From contig JAFAOU010000132.1 in assembly GCA_019247495.1 (NCBI GenBank), positions 74,733 to 138,732 on the forward strand: 64,000 bases of DNA, given 5' to 3'. The notes beneath the pieces are model-generated. The model worked only from the letters and a program-made list of their open reading frames with translations. It had not been told where the DNA came from and searched no databases. The stretch is from Acidobacteriota bacterium. GTDB taxonomy: Bacteria > Acidobacteriota > Thermoanaerobaculia > Gp7-AA8. Positions 25,041 to 33,574 of this stretch are shown piece by piece. Made by a program: the position numbers and the translations under genes. How positions within the stretch are numbered: position 1 is the stretch's first letter; every line of letters begins with the position of its first letter.

Positions 25041-25807
25041 GCGAGTGTGACCTCTCCGGGCAAGCCCAACGCGTCGAGCGTCTTTATGTACTGCTGCAGC
25101 GATGCTCCGCGCAGCAGCGCGGCGCTGAGGTTGACTTCGAACAACGACGGCTTCACGCAACTGGACTGGCACACTTCGCAATGTCCGTCCTTGCACTCTT
25201 TCGCCAGCATCGCTGCCAGAGTGGTCATCACCTCGAGATGCAGCCGGTGCAACTTATCGTCGAAGCGCTCTGGGTCGGCGTCGCGCTCCGCTTTGAGGAT
25301 GGCCATGGCGTGATCGGCGTGTTCCTGCTCGTCCGCCGCAATGGCACCGAAGACCTTGCCCAGACTCCCCGGCGCGACGATCGCGACGCGCGCGTAGCTG
25401 GCCAGTGCAAACGATTCCAGCATGATTTCCTGGACGATGAGGCAGCCGATAATGTCGCGCTCTGCGACGCAGCGCAGGAACGCCTCGCGGAGACGCTTCC
25501 AATGTCTTCCGTCGACATTGCTGACGACGTCCACTCCGATGTTGCGTCCCGCGGCCGCGAAGGCCACGGCATGAGACCGCTCGATCGCCGAATGCTCCCA
25601 GGCCTGCCCGGCCTCTTCGGGATCGTCACAGATCCCGGCCAGCGCTTCGTAGTTCATCGCGGCGACGAGCTCCCCCGTCACCGCCTGGGCCAGCACATCC
25701 TGCCAAATCGGAGAGTCAGAGAAGTCGCTCTCCGTCAGTGGCTGCATCTCCATCAAGGCGTCCATCGATTCTCCGTCCATCACGTGTGATATAGGTATAT
25801 ATAGCAC
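25016..25807 (-). CDS. Ferritin-like di-iron protein homologous to aldehyde-deformylating oxygenase (ADO)
   Basis: All six di-iron ligand contexts are present in ADO order: TGELVA, AIERSH, IVQEIMLESFALASY, AADEQEHADH. The match is collinear to the C-terminus. The start is uncertain (several Met between 25807 and 25747). Confidence 0.75.
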   Translation of the reverse strand: MLYIPISHVMDGESMDALMEMQPLTESDFSDSPIWQDVLAQAVTGELVAAMNYEALAGICDDPEEAGQAWEHSAIERSHAVAFAAAGRNIGVDVVSNVDGRHWKRLREAFLRCVAERDIIGCLIVQEIMLESFALASYARVAIVAPGSLGKVFGAIAADEQEHADHAMAILKAERDADPERFDDKLHRLHLEVMTTLAAMLAKECKDGHCEVCQSSCVKPSLFEVNLSAALLRGASLQQYIKTLDALGLPGEVTLAWIAQLPV

Positions 25808-25854
25808 CGCAGCACGTGACTGTCAAGAGGGATCGGCGGAAACAGAACGTTTAT

Positions 25855-25925
25855 CCGCAGATGACGCAGGTGGAACGCAGATGAAGAGCCCTCCTCTATC
25901 TGCGTCCTGTCTGCGTCAGCTGCGG
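25855..25925. promoter_or_regulatory. Nested imperfect palindrome built from four GACGCAG/CTGCGTC heptamers upstream of the ADO-like gene
   Basis: CCGCAGATGACGCAG (25855-25869) pairs with CTGCGTCAGCTGCGG (25911-25925) with 1 mismatch. Inner arms are ACGCAGAT (25875-25882) and ATCTGCGT (25898-25905). Confidence 0.4.
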
Positions 25926-25970
25926 ACAAGGTTTTTCACAGCCGGACGCACCGCGAGCAGCTCGCGCACG

Positions 25971-26159
25971 CTGCGTTTCGCCTCGCGCACACTGTGTATC
26001 GGCCTGTACACGCTGTGTATCGGCCAGTGCGCGTTGCGTATCGGCCTGTGCACGCTGTGTATTGGCCTGTGCGCGTTGTGTATCGCCCCGTGCACGCTGT
26101 GTATCGGCCTGTGCGCGTTGTGCATTGCCCTGTGCGCGCTGTGTATCGGCCTGTGCGCG
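25971..26159. repeat. Tandem array of 21-bp direct repeats (8 clear units plus 1 degenerate), consensus CTGTGTATCGGCCTGTGCRCG
   Basis: Units start at 25992, 26013, 26034, 26055, 26076, 26097, 26118 and 26139, with a degenerate unit at 25971. There are no spacers. The array lies in the 700-bp divergent intergenic region. Confidence 0.9.
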
Positions 26160-26184
26160 AGCGTGATACGTCAAATTTTGAGAC

Positions 26185-26213
26185 TTGACTTCGCAAAAAC
26201 GCAGCCCTACCTT
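26185..26213 (+). promoter_or_regulatory. Possible sigma70-type promoter (TTGACT, 17-nt spacer, TACCTT)
   Basis: The -35-like TTGACT is at 26185-26190 and the -10-like TACCTT at 26208-26213. This sits 26 bp downstream of the tandem array and about 300 nt upstream of the 26511 start. Confidence 0.3.
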
Positions 26214-26510
26214 GTCGCCTCGTGAGCTGGCTAGCCGGCTGACGACTATGGGAGCTGGCGCTCGTGAGAGCCCCTCGCTCCCGGCGGCCAACGGGTGAGA
26301 AGGTGCGCTGGATAGTGCGGTTCTCATCCCTGCGGGAGTCGAGCGTTGCTCCTCCTGCCGTGGGCTCTCGAAGTGTGCGCACTTCGGGAAAACATCAACC
26401 GGAAGAGCGGCGCGTAGTCGTCTCCTCCAGCCGGTGGCCGCCTGCACTCGTGCACAGGGTGCTCGTTGGTTCCCTCCGGCCTGAACCGATGGTCTAAGGA
26501 GGACCAGACA

Positions 26511-27068
26511 ATGTCTACGAATCACGAAGTCACGAACACGGCCGCCGCCACGGATGTCCCGTCGACGGTGCCGCTACTCACCCCCGAGGCAGTCGTGGAG
26601 GGATTGCGCGCCATGCGTGCGCAGATCGGCGAGGTCACGCCGTTGACGAGCGCGCAACGCATAACGTTGCGCAGCCGTACGCGGACGTCCAATCCGGTTC
26701 TGCAAGCGTCGATCAACGTCATCGGAGCGCTCGACAACGTCTCGCAGGCGGTCGGGCAACCGGCCGACGACGTGCGTCAGATGATCGAGGATGCGAACCG
26801 CTGGACGGCAGTGGAGGACGAATTCCGGGCCATGTTGAGCGGCATCGCCGGAGCGAACCTCATCCGCCGCCAGCGCATCGCACTGATCGCTTCGCAAGCG
26901 TTTTCGATCGGCTCGCAGCTGGCGCGCGACCCGGCGCACGCCGTCCTCGTGCCGCACGTGCAGGAGATCCGTCGTCTGAAGAGCTTCAAGCGCCGCAAGA
27001 AAACGGCGCAGACTCCCGGCACGCCGGCGCCCCCGCCCGTGACGCCGCCGAAGGCAGTAGAACCCTAA
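26511..27068 (+). CDS. Hypothetical protein (185 aa)
   Basis: ATG at 26511 preceded by AAGGAGG (26496-26502). No family recognised. Basic, Pro-rich tail. Confidence 0.55.
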   Translation: MSTNHEVTNTAAATDVPSTVPLLTPEAVVEGLRAMRAQIGEVTPLTSAQRITLRSRTRTSNPVLQASINVIGALDNVSQAVGQPADDVRQMIEDANRWTAVEDEFRAMLSGIAGANLIRRQRIALIASQAFSIGSQLARDPAHAVLVPHVQEIRRLKSFKRRKKTAQTPGTPAPPPVTPPKAVEP

Positions 27069-27082
27069 TGTGATGGGAGGGA

Positions 27083-27110
27083 GACCGGGCGCGTTCAAGC
27101 GCGCCCGGTC
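27083..27110 (+). terminator. Possible intrinsic terminator or attenuator hairpin
   Basis: Perfect 11-bp stem GACCGGGCGCG / CGCGCCCGGTC with a 6-nt loop, followed by GTTTCC. The T-tract is poor. Confidence 0.4.
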
Positions 27111-27136
27111 GTTTCCTCCGTCAAAGGAAAACGAAG

Positions 27137-27448
27137 ATGAGAGAAAGACATCGCGAAATCATTGGATACGAAGCCAGCTGGCGCCTCGAGGCGCTGCTCC
27201 GCCGCCTCGCCAGCGTAACCGGTGCATACCCCTGGCTCGCCCCCGGCGTCACCCACACCCAAGTCCGCCGCACCATCAAGCGCCTCCGCAGCGGCGCGAT
27301 GCAGAGCCCCGAGCCCGACATCCCTTCCCCCGTCCTCGCTGATCTCCTCGAAGGCGCGATCGCACAGGACACACTGATCCGCGAAGCGCGGGCCGACATG
27401 ATCAGCCTGTGGGAACTGATTGCGACGTTGAAGAGGAGGGCGAGGTAG
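27137..27448 (+). CDS. Hypothetical small protein (103 aa)
   Basis: ORF with plausible composition. No family recognised. Confidence 0.4.
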   Translation: MRERHREIIGYEASWRLEALLRRLASVTGAYPWLAPGVTHTQVRRTIKRLRSGAMQSPEPDIPSPVLADLLEGAIAQDTLIREARADMISLWELIATLKRRAR

Positions 27449-27884
27449 GAGTGGACTCTTCGTCAGTCAACTTGTTGGTCAGAAACGTAGCTGAACGATG
27501 GCAGACCATACCGCAACGAGTTCGAACCTCTTTCTAGCTGCATTCGAGAGGCCGATGCGCTCCAGGAAAGGCGCCGCGTAAGCCGGCAGCGAGTCGTCGG
27601 CAATCGCATCCTGCCCGCGAATCGCCGTCATGGAAACAAGTTGTGCACATCCAGTTCTGCCAAAAACGGGTTATCGGTCTTGTGGTCTGGGGTCTTCCTC
27701 GGTTTAGATTTCTGTTTCTAGCGGCCGTGGCTGTTGTATGCAAGCATCCACTACTGCTGGTAGTGTCCTAATTTGGGTATCAATGTACTTGACGCACCCT
27801 CGCGAGAGGGGCGTACTCTCTCTGGGATGAGTCGGTCCTATCGAGGATTTCGTGCCGGGCGGGTGGCGGGAGTAGGGTAGGCGG

Positions 27885-28907
27885 ATGTCTGGAATCGCGA
27901 TCGCGTGGACGGTTGTCGGTATCGTTACCGCCGTATTTGTAGGGTGGGGCGTTGGTGTCATGGGCATCGCCTCTCCTGACTATGCGCAGGCGCGTATCGC
28001 GTTCACGCTTGCGGCGGTAACCCTAGGCTTTATGACCCTAGTCTGGGCTACGCGATCAGACGAACCCGAATGGTGGCGAATTCTAGCCTCGATTCTAGTA
28101 GCCATCGGCGTCTTTGTAGTCTATCCGGAAGGTTTACGATGGACGTTACGTCTTGAGAAGAAACCGAAGCCAGAGGTGATTCAGCGGGTGCCGACCGCTC
28201 AAGAAATCGCCTCTGAAGTGGCTCGGCACCTTCCGACACAAACAGTCGGCGCAACGGATGCTTCTGACGCGACAATTCACCGGGCTGAGGTTCATCGCGT
28301 GGCCGTAGTACACCCAAACAGCACGTGGACGGCGGAACGGGTTGCGAGTCGTCATTCTGCCACATCGCCTTACGCAATCGAGGCGACGTTGACAACGACG
28401 ACATCAATCAGCACCCCGCATATCGAGATTACTTGTGATGGTCCGATCGACAGCGCAACGCTTTCCGTCGAGCAGGTGGATACGACCATGGGCGGCCCAG
28501 CGCTGATGTCTAGTGATCGACACAACATCCCGAGCGTTTATCAGTTCGACGTATCTCAGCCCGTTTTTACGCCTGATTTGAGATTCAAGGTGCTGTTGGA
28601 ATCGCAACGGGAACTTCATATTAAAGATGTTCGCGTCAGCGAACCCGTTCCACGCACGTTGTCCCAAACTATGGTCAACTCGCCCGGCGGAATTCAGGCG
28701 TTCGGCAATGTATCCGTTAGCGGTGGAAAACCAGCGCGACATTTCAGCGACGTACAACGAGCAGCATTCTTAGCAATCATTGGCCGGGGGCCTGTTGCTC
28801 TGTCGAGATTCAATGCGATATTAGAGATCGCGAGCCGAGCGAATTCGCCGGTGAAATTGTTCGCATGCTGGAGTCTGCTGGTTGGCAGACATCGTCCCAG
28901 AACGTGA
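27885..28907 (+). CDS. Hypothetical membrane protein (340 aa) in a low-GC islet
   Basis: N-terminal TM helices (IAIAWTVVGIVTAVFVGWGVGVMGI, AFTLAAVTLGFMTLVWA, ILASILVAIGVFVVY). GC is clearly below the window average. No family recognised. Confidence 0.45.
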   Translation: MSGIAIAWTVVGIVTAVFVGWGVGVMGIASPDYAQARIAFTLAAVTLGFMTLVWATRSDEPEWWRILASILVAIGVFVVYPEGLRWTLRLEKKPKPEVIQRVPTAQEIASEVARHLPTQTVGATDASDATIHRAEVHRVAVVHPNSTWTAERVASRHSATSPYAIEATLTTTTSISTPHIEITCDGPIDSATLSVEQVDTTMGGPALMSSDRHNIPSVYQFDVSQPVFTPDLRFKVLLESQRELHIKDVRVSEPVPRTLSQTMVNSPGGIQAFGNVSVSGGKPARHFSDVQRAAFLAIIGRGPVALSRFNAILEIASRANSPVKLFACWSLLVGRHRPRT

Positions 28908-29316
28908 TGGTGATGCCAGCTAAGCCGGGCGACGATATTCCGGAGTTGGACATGATTGTAGCTGGCCCTAATTCGGCGCCACCGCACGCAGTGTATCTTC
29001 AACAGGCCTTTGCTGCGGCAGGCTTCAACTGTCCAGCCCATTCGCTTACGGATCAACCTAAAGTGCCAGACGGCTCTCTGACTTTGCGCGTGCTACTGCA
29101 AAAAAGCACAGGCAATACGGGCCGATGAGTATCCCTATCGTTGTCGTTCGACTGCGCCCGCGCGCTTCTTCGGCTCATGCTTCGGGCACGTCGCGCTTAT
29201 CGACGCGGAACAGTGCCCGCGTCATCTTCTGGAAGCGGTCGAATGCCCTCTGGGCGGGCTTTTGGGTCGCAAGGTCCTCGCTGGGTACATCCCTCCGGCG
29301 CACTCGATCGATCCGT

Positions 29317-30561
29317 TTACTTCGTCACCGACATGATCACGGCCCATTCGTTGCCGCGATAGCGGCCGTTCAGCTGATCGACGTTGGTGGTGATGGAGCG
29401 CTCGCTTTGTTGGGTCCAGGCGACGGCGAGGTCTAGCCAGTCGAGGCCGAAGCCGGCGGTGATTGTGTTGCGGTTCGCGGTGGAGAGGAAGGCGCCGACC
29501 GTCTCATTTGGCTGAGGGCTTTTCAGGATTGCGTAGCCGAGGCGGATGTGGGGGCCGGTGGGGAAAGCGAAGCGGAGGCCGGCGCGGAGGTCGGTCGCTT
29601 TCTTGAGGCGCAACGGAACGATGGAGCTGATGTTTGTCGTGTTTGGAAAGGTGAACGGGACGGCGGTTACGCCGCTCCAATCCGTTTGTGTGGCGTCGAT
29701 CTCGAGCAGCAGCGGCGCGCCGAGCGCGAATGCGACGCCGGCGGTGGCTTGCGCGGGGAACTCGAATGCGGACGTCAACGCCAGGTCCTTTCCAAACGGG
29801 AAGCTGGCGGCGACGAGCTGGTCGAACTGCGCGTTGCCGGTGGGGATCTGCGTCAGCTTGCCGGCGCCGTTGTAGTCCGCGCGGATCCGGCTGCGGTAGG
29901 TCAGGCCGAGAGAGAATGCAGGGCTCGAACGAATCAGCATGCCCGCGCTCCAGCCGTAGGCGCGCACATCGTCGGTTTTCATCTGCAGCGTGGCCACGTC
30001 GCGGATCGTACCGTCCAGAGTGGAACCTAGGCGGCGGTCCGAGGCGATGCTGGACGTGCGCATGATGGCGCCGGCGCCGATCCCGAAGTGTGTCGCCTTC
30101 ACGCCGAACATCGTGGCGATATCGCGCGCCTGGATGAGTGAGTTGGTGGCGAGGAAGCGGCCCGCATACGTTTCGGGCGTTGCCCATTTCGAATCGATTC
30201 GCAGCGGTGAATAGATCCCGATGCCGCTGACCAGATGTCCGCCGAGCGGGGCAGTGCCGAAGACGAATGGCAACGTCGTCGCGCCGCTCTTCTGTTTCGC
30301 GGCAGTGCCGGCGGCAATGCCCGGCGGCAGTCCCTGAAAAAGGCCCTCGGCATGCTTGGTATAGGAAGCGCCGGCCGTCGCGCCCTTCTTCTTTTTCAAC
30401 AGGCCGAGCGCGCCGGGGTTGTAGTAGATGGCCGAGGGATCGTCGACCTGCGCGACAAACGCGCCGCCCATGCCGGCTGCGCGGGCGCTTGGATCGCCAG
30501 CTGTTTGAGCAGACACAGGAATGGCGATAACCAGCAATAGCACAGACGCGAAGATCTTCAT
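29317..30561 (-). CDS. FadL/OmpP1/TodX-family outer-membrane hydrophobic-compound channel
   Basis: Signal peptide MKIFASVLLLVIAIPVSAQT followed by the family signature AAGMGGAFVAQVDDPSAIYYNPGALGLL. The rest is beta-rich. Start ATG at 30561. Confidence 0.8.
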   Translation of the reverse strand: MKIFASVLLLVIAIPVSAQTAGDPSARAAGMGGAFVAQVDDPSAIYYNPGALGLLKKKKGATAGASYTKHAEGLFQGLPPGIAAGTAAKQKSGATTLPFVFGTAPLGGHLVSGIGIYSPLRIDSKWATPETYAGRFLATNSLIQARDIATMFGVKATHFGIGAGAIMRTSSIASDRRLGSTLDGTIRDVATLQMKTDDVRAYGWSAGMLIRSSPAFSLGLTYRSRIRADYNGAGKLTQIPTGNAQFDQLVAASFPFGKDLALTSAFEFPAQATAGVAFALGAPLLLEIDATQTDWSGVTAVPFTFPNTTNISSIVPLRLKKATDLRAGLRFAFPTGPHIRLGYAILKSPQPNETVGAFLSTANRNTITAGFGLDWLDLAVAWTQQSERSITTNVDQLNGRYRGNEWAVIMSVTK

Positions 30562-30701
30562 GGCGGGCACTCTAAGTGTCACTCCTGAAGGCGTCAAGGG
30601 CGGGATAAAGGAGACGATACCGATGCGGCGAGAGGGATAAAAGAGACGTTGGCCGCCGGCAAGACGCACGATACAATTCATCGCCGTCCCTCGCTCAAAT
30701 C

Positions 30702-32519
30702 ATGCTCCCCTTCCGGATTACGCGACTTCTCGCGCTGGTGCTCCTTGCCTCGGCATGCAGCGGACACCATGAAAACCCGGTTCTTCCGACCGATCCCGGT
30801 GGGCCCCCCGGCGCCGCGCAATTCACGGTGACCATCAGCTCCGACGTGAACCAGATGATCGCCGGCACGAGCACGGGGACGCCGCTGCACATTACGGCGC
30901 GTCACGCGGACGGCACCGCGCCGGCTGACGGAACCGAGGTCGCGGTGAACACGAACATCGGAAGCTTCGGCATCGACGCGGCCGGAAAGCCGGTTCTCCT
31001 CGCGAAGACTGTATTCACCGGTGGCAAAGCAACCGTCGAATTTTTCGCCGGCAGCGATGCCGGCATCGCCAACATCCTGGCGCAGAGCGGCACGAACATC
31101 GGCCGGCTCAATCTGCCGATCGTCGCCGCTCCGGCGGTGCCCGTCGCAAACTTCACCTTCTCGGCGAATGCTCTGACCGTCCTGTTCACCGATGCCTCGA
31201 CCGGCTCGCCGTCGAGTTATCGATGGATGTTCGGCGACGCGACGGAGAGCACGGAGAAGAATCCGACTCATGTTTATCCGGTGGCCGGAACGTATCCCGT
31301 GACGCTGATCGTCTCCAACGCGGGCGGGCAATCGAGCAAGAGCCAGTTCGTCACCGTATCGCTCGGCACGGGGCCGCAGGCGGCGTTCGACTTCCAGGTA
31401 GTCGGAAAGAAGGTCAACTTCGTCGATAAGTCCGCCGGCAATCCGACGTCGTGGTCGTGGACGTTCGGCGACGGCGGCACGAGCACGGAGCAGAATCCGA
31501 TTCATACCTACGCAGAGGCCGGACCGTACACAGTCAGCCTGACGGCGAAAAACGGCGCGGGCGAGAACACGACCAGCAAGGTAGTAACGATCGGAGCGCC
31601 ACCCCAGGCCGACTTCGATTTCCAGGACGCCGGATTGAAAGTGAACTTCGTCGACCGCTCGACTGGAACTCCCACTTCGTGGTCGTGGGCATTCGGCGAC
31701 GGAGGAACGAGCACGGAGCAGAACCCCGTGCACACCTACGCGGCGGCGGGAACGTTCACCGTCAGCCTGAAGGCGGCGAACGCGGCCGGCGAGAGCAGCA
31801 CCAGCAAGCCGGTGACGGTTACGCCGGGAACACCGCCCGCCGCGAAATTCTCGGCGACGGTCAATGGCAATCAGGTCAACTTCGTCGATCAGTCGACCGG
31901 CAATCCCACCGCCTGGGCCTGGACGTTCGGCGACGGCGCCTCGGCCTCATCGCAGAACCCGGTGCACGTCTACGCCAGCGCCGGCTCCTACACGGTGACG
32001 TTGAAAGTTACGAATGCCGCCGGCTCGAACAGCAGCAGTCAGGTGGTCGTCATCGCCGCCGGTGTAAAGGCCGACTTCACCTATACCGCCAACGGATTCA
32101 ACGTCAGTTTCTCCGACCGCTCCACCGGAACTCCGACGACCTGGTCGTGGGATTTCGGCGACGGCACCGCCACCGATCCGAGACAGAATCCGACGCACAC
32201 CTACGCCGCGGCCGGGACGTATACGGTCACGCTGACCGCAGCGAATGCCTCGGGATCGAACAGCAAGAGCACCGCGGTGACCCTCACCGCACCCCCCACC
32301 GCGAATTTCACGTTCTCCAGCAGCGGTCTTGTCGTGACGTTCACGGATACGTCGACCGGCTCACCGACGAGCTGGTCATGGAACTTCGGCGATGGCGCCC
32401 GCAGCACGGCGCAGAATCCGTCATACGCCTACGCGGCCCCGGGAACCTACAACGTGACGCTCACGGCAACCAACGCGGGCGGCTCTTCGAGCGCGACGAA
32501 ACCGGTGACGGTGCCATAG
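30702..32519 (+). CDS. Lipoprotein with Big-like domain and six PKD domains
   Basis: Lipobox LLASAC. Six repeats of the form F.F...G..V.F.D.S.G.PTSW.W.FGDG..S..QNP.H.Y...G.Y.V.L...N..G. Confidence 0.85.
   Translation: MLPFRITRLLALVLLASACSGHHENPVLPTDPGGPPGAAQFTVTISSDVNQMIAGTSTGTPLHITARHADGTAPADGTEVAVNTNIGSFGIDAAGKPVLLAKTVFTGGKATVEFFAGSDAGIANILAQSGTNIGRLNLPIVAAPAVPVANFTFSANALTVLFTDASTGSPSSYRWMFGDATESTEKNPTHVYPVAGTYPVTLIVSNAGGQSSKSQFVTVSLGTGPQAAFDFQVVGKKVNFVDKSAGNPTSWSWTFGDGGTSTEQNPIHTYAEAGPYTVSLTAKNGAGENTTSKVVTIGAPPQADFDFQDAGLKVNFVDRSTGTPTSWSWAFGDGGTSTEQNPVHTYAAAGTFTVSLKAANAAGESSTSKPVTVTPGTPPAAKFSATVNGNQVNFVDQSTGNPTAWAWTFGDGASASSQNPVHVYASAGSYTVTLKVTNAAGSNSSSQVVVIAAGVKADFTYTANGFNVSFSDRSTGTPTTWSWDFGDGTATDPRQNPTHTYAAAGTYTVTLTAANASGSNSKSTAVTLTAPPTANFTFSSSGLVVTFTDTSTGSPTSWSWNFGDGARSTAQNPSYAYAAPGTYNVTLTATNAGGSSSATKPVTVP
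31143..32516 (+). repeat. Six tandem PKD-domain coding repeats (~250-260 nt each)
   Basis: The WxFGDGxxSxxQNPxHxY motif recurs six times in the translated ORF. Confidence 0.8.
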
Positions 32520-32606
32520 GGACCAGCGCTGCGGACTCCGCCCGGCGTGGCAAAGTAGTGATTGGTGATACGAGCGAGGAATTCGCGTAATGAAAGGAAA
32601 CGTGCA

Positions 32607-33122
32607 ATGACGATTGCTCAAATGCCGGCTTCTTCCTCAGCGACCGATTCCTATAGTGCTACGGAAACCTTCGTTCAAACATGGATAAAGGCCAGAATTG
32701 ACGAACCGCGCGAGATCATGGCTCGCTACGACGACGCGGCCAGGCAACTCATTGCAGTAAGTGCCCTTCTTCAGGGCGTCTACCTCGCCGTGTTTAGTTT
32801 TGGCAGCCTGAAGGGATCGATACCGACGTGGCTGTTGGTTCCGTCGTTCGTTCCGCTTCTCGCAGTCGTGTTTTGCGCGGCGACAGTCCTCTGTTCGGTA
32901 CCAAAGGATTTCAATGTGCATCGCATATTCAAGTTACTGCGGGGATGCGATTCATCAATCGCCCTCGCTGATTCGATATCGGAGTCCATCAAGGCGTGGT
33001 GTGAGAGTATCGACGCTATTGCAGGCAAGAAACGACACTGGCTGCATCGAGCAAATATCTCGTTTATCTTCGCCTCCGCAGTTACCGCAATCCTGGTTAC
33101 GACTCTGGCGATGTCGCGATAA
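32607..33122 (+). CDS. Hypothetical membrane protein (171 aa), low GC
   Basis: ATG at 32607. Contains TM segments. No family recognised. Confidence 0.4.
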   Translation: MTIAQMPASSSATDSYSATETFVQTWIKARIDEPREIMARYDDAARQLIAVSALLQGVYLAVFSFGSLKGSIPTWLLVPSFVPLLAVVFCAATVLCSVPKDFNVHRIFKLLRGCDSSIALADSISESIKAWCESIDAIAGKKRHWLHRANISFIFASAVTAILVTTLAMSR

Positions 33123-33127
33123 CGCGT

Positions 33128-33571
33128 TCACCTGCCCGACGGAACGACGGCTCCCTGCAGATGCTCGTCATCTGCGAGCGCTGACGCCGCAGCCGCGGCT
33201 GCCGCGCGCGTAAGGTATTGGCCGACCTCCACCGTGAAAAGCTTGACGCCGCCGGACGTCGTCAGCGGCACCACGACGGCGTCCAGCTTGCGTGCGGCCA
33301 GTTGTTGGGCGAGCGTCTTCGCGTCATCTTCAGAATCGAAGATGCCGACGCGAACGGCGAGCATTTCGACTTTCGGCGCAGGTTGCGCGGCGGCTACAGG
33401 GGGCGCGGGAGCGGACGCCGCAACCGCGGGAACCGCGGCAACAACCGGTCGGCGGCGCATTGCGAGGACGTACCCGGCGGCGAAGATCAGCAACGCGGCC
33501 AGAAGCGATCCGATGATGATGAAGATGACGGCCGTGCGATGGAGGCGGAACGTCACCATCGAATGCTTCAT
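33128..33571 (-). CDS. SPOR-domain (peptidoglycan-binding) membrane-anchored protein
   Basis: N-terminal TM AVIFIIIGSLLAALLIFAAGYVLA, an Ala/Pro linker, then a SPOR-like region LAVRVGIFDSEDDAKTLAQQLAARKLDAVVVP...KLFTVEVGQYLTRAAA. Confidence 0.6.
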   Translation of the reverse strand: MKHSMVTFRLHRTAVIFIIIGSLLAALLIFAAGYVLAMRRRPVVAAVPAVAASAPAPPVAAAQPAPKVEMLAVRVGIFDSEDDAKTLAQQLAARKLDAVVVPLTTSGGVKLFTVEVGQYLTRAAAAAAASALADDEHLQGAVVPSGR

Positions 33572-33574
33572 CGG

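Noticed and set aside
25971-26159. CRISPR array
   Set aside because: The units are directly adjacent with no spacers, are only 21 bp long, and no cas genes are present.
25881-26525. ORFs running through the 21-bp array (114-aa LCIGLCA heptads on plus; 209-aa RAQADTQ heptads on minus)
   Set aside because: Any 21-bp tandem repeat stays open in several frames. No ribosome-binding site or flanking domain supports coding. Kept only as a possibility in the repeat finding.
27480-27545. tRNA or tRNA-fragment (GAGTTCGAACCTC resembles a T-loop) that could mark an integration site
   Set aside because: Only a 3-bp T-stem can be drawn, and no acceptor, anticodon or D arms were found by eye. No integrase is nearby.
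28800-29128. Possible frameshift joining the 340-aa ORF to the 87-aa ORF 28865-29128 (pseudogene)
   Set aside because: The second frame is open upstream of its ATG and reads plausibly (..SEFAGEIVRMLESAGWQ..). Without homologues I cannot tell a frameshift from two genes or chance, so it is not called.
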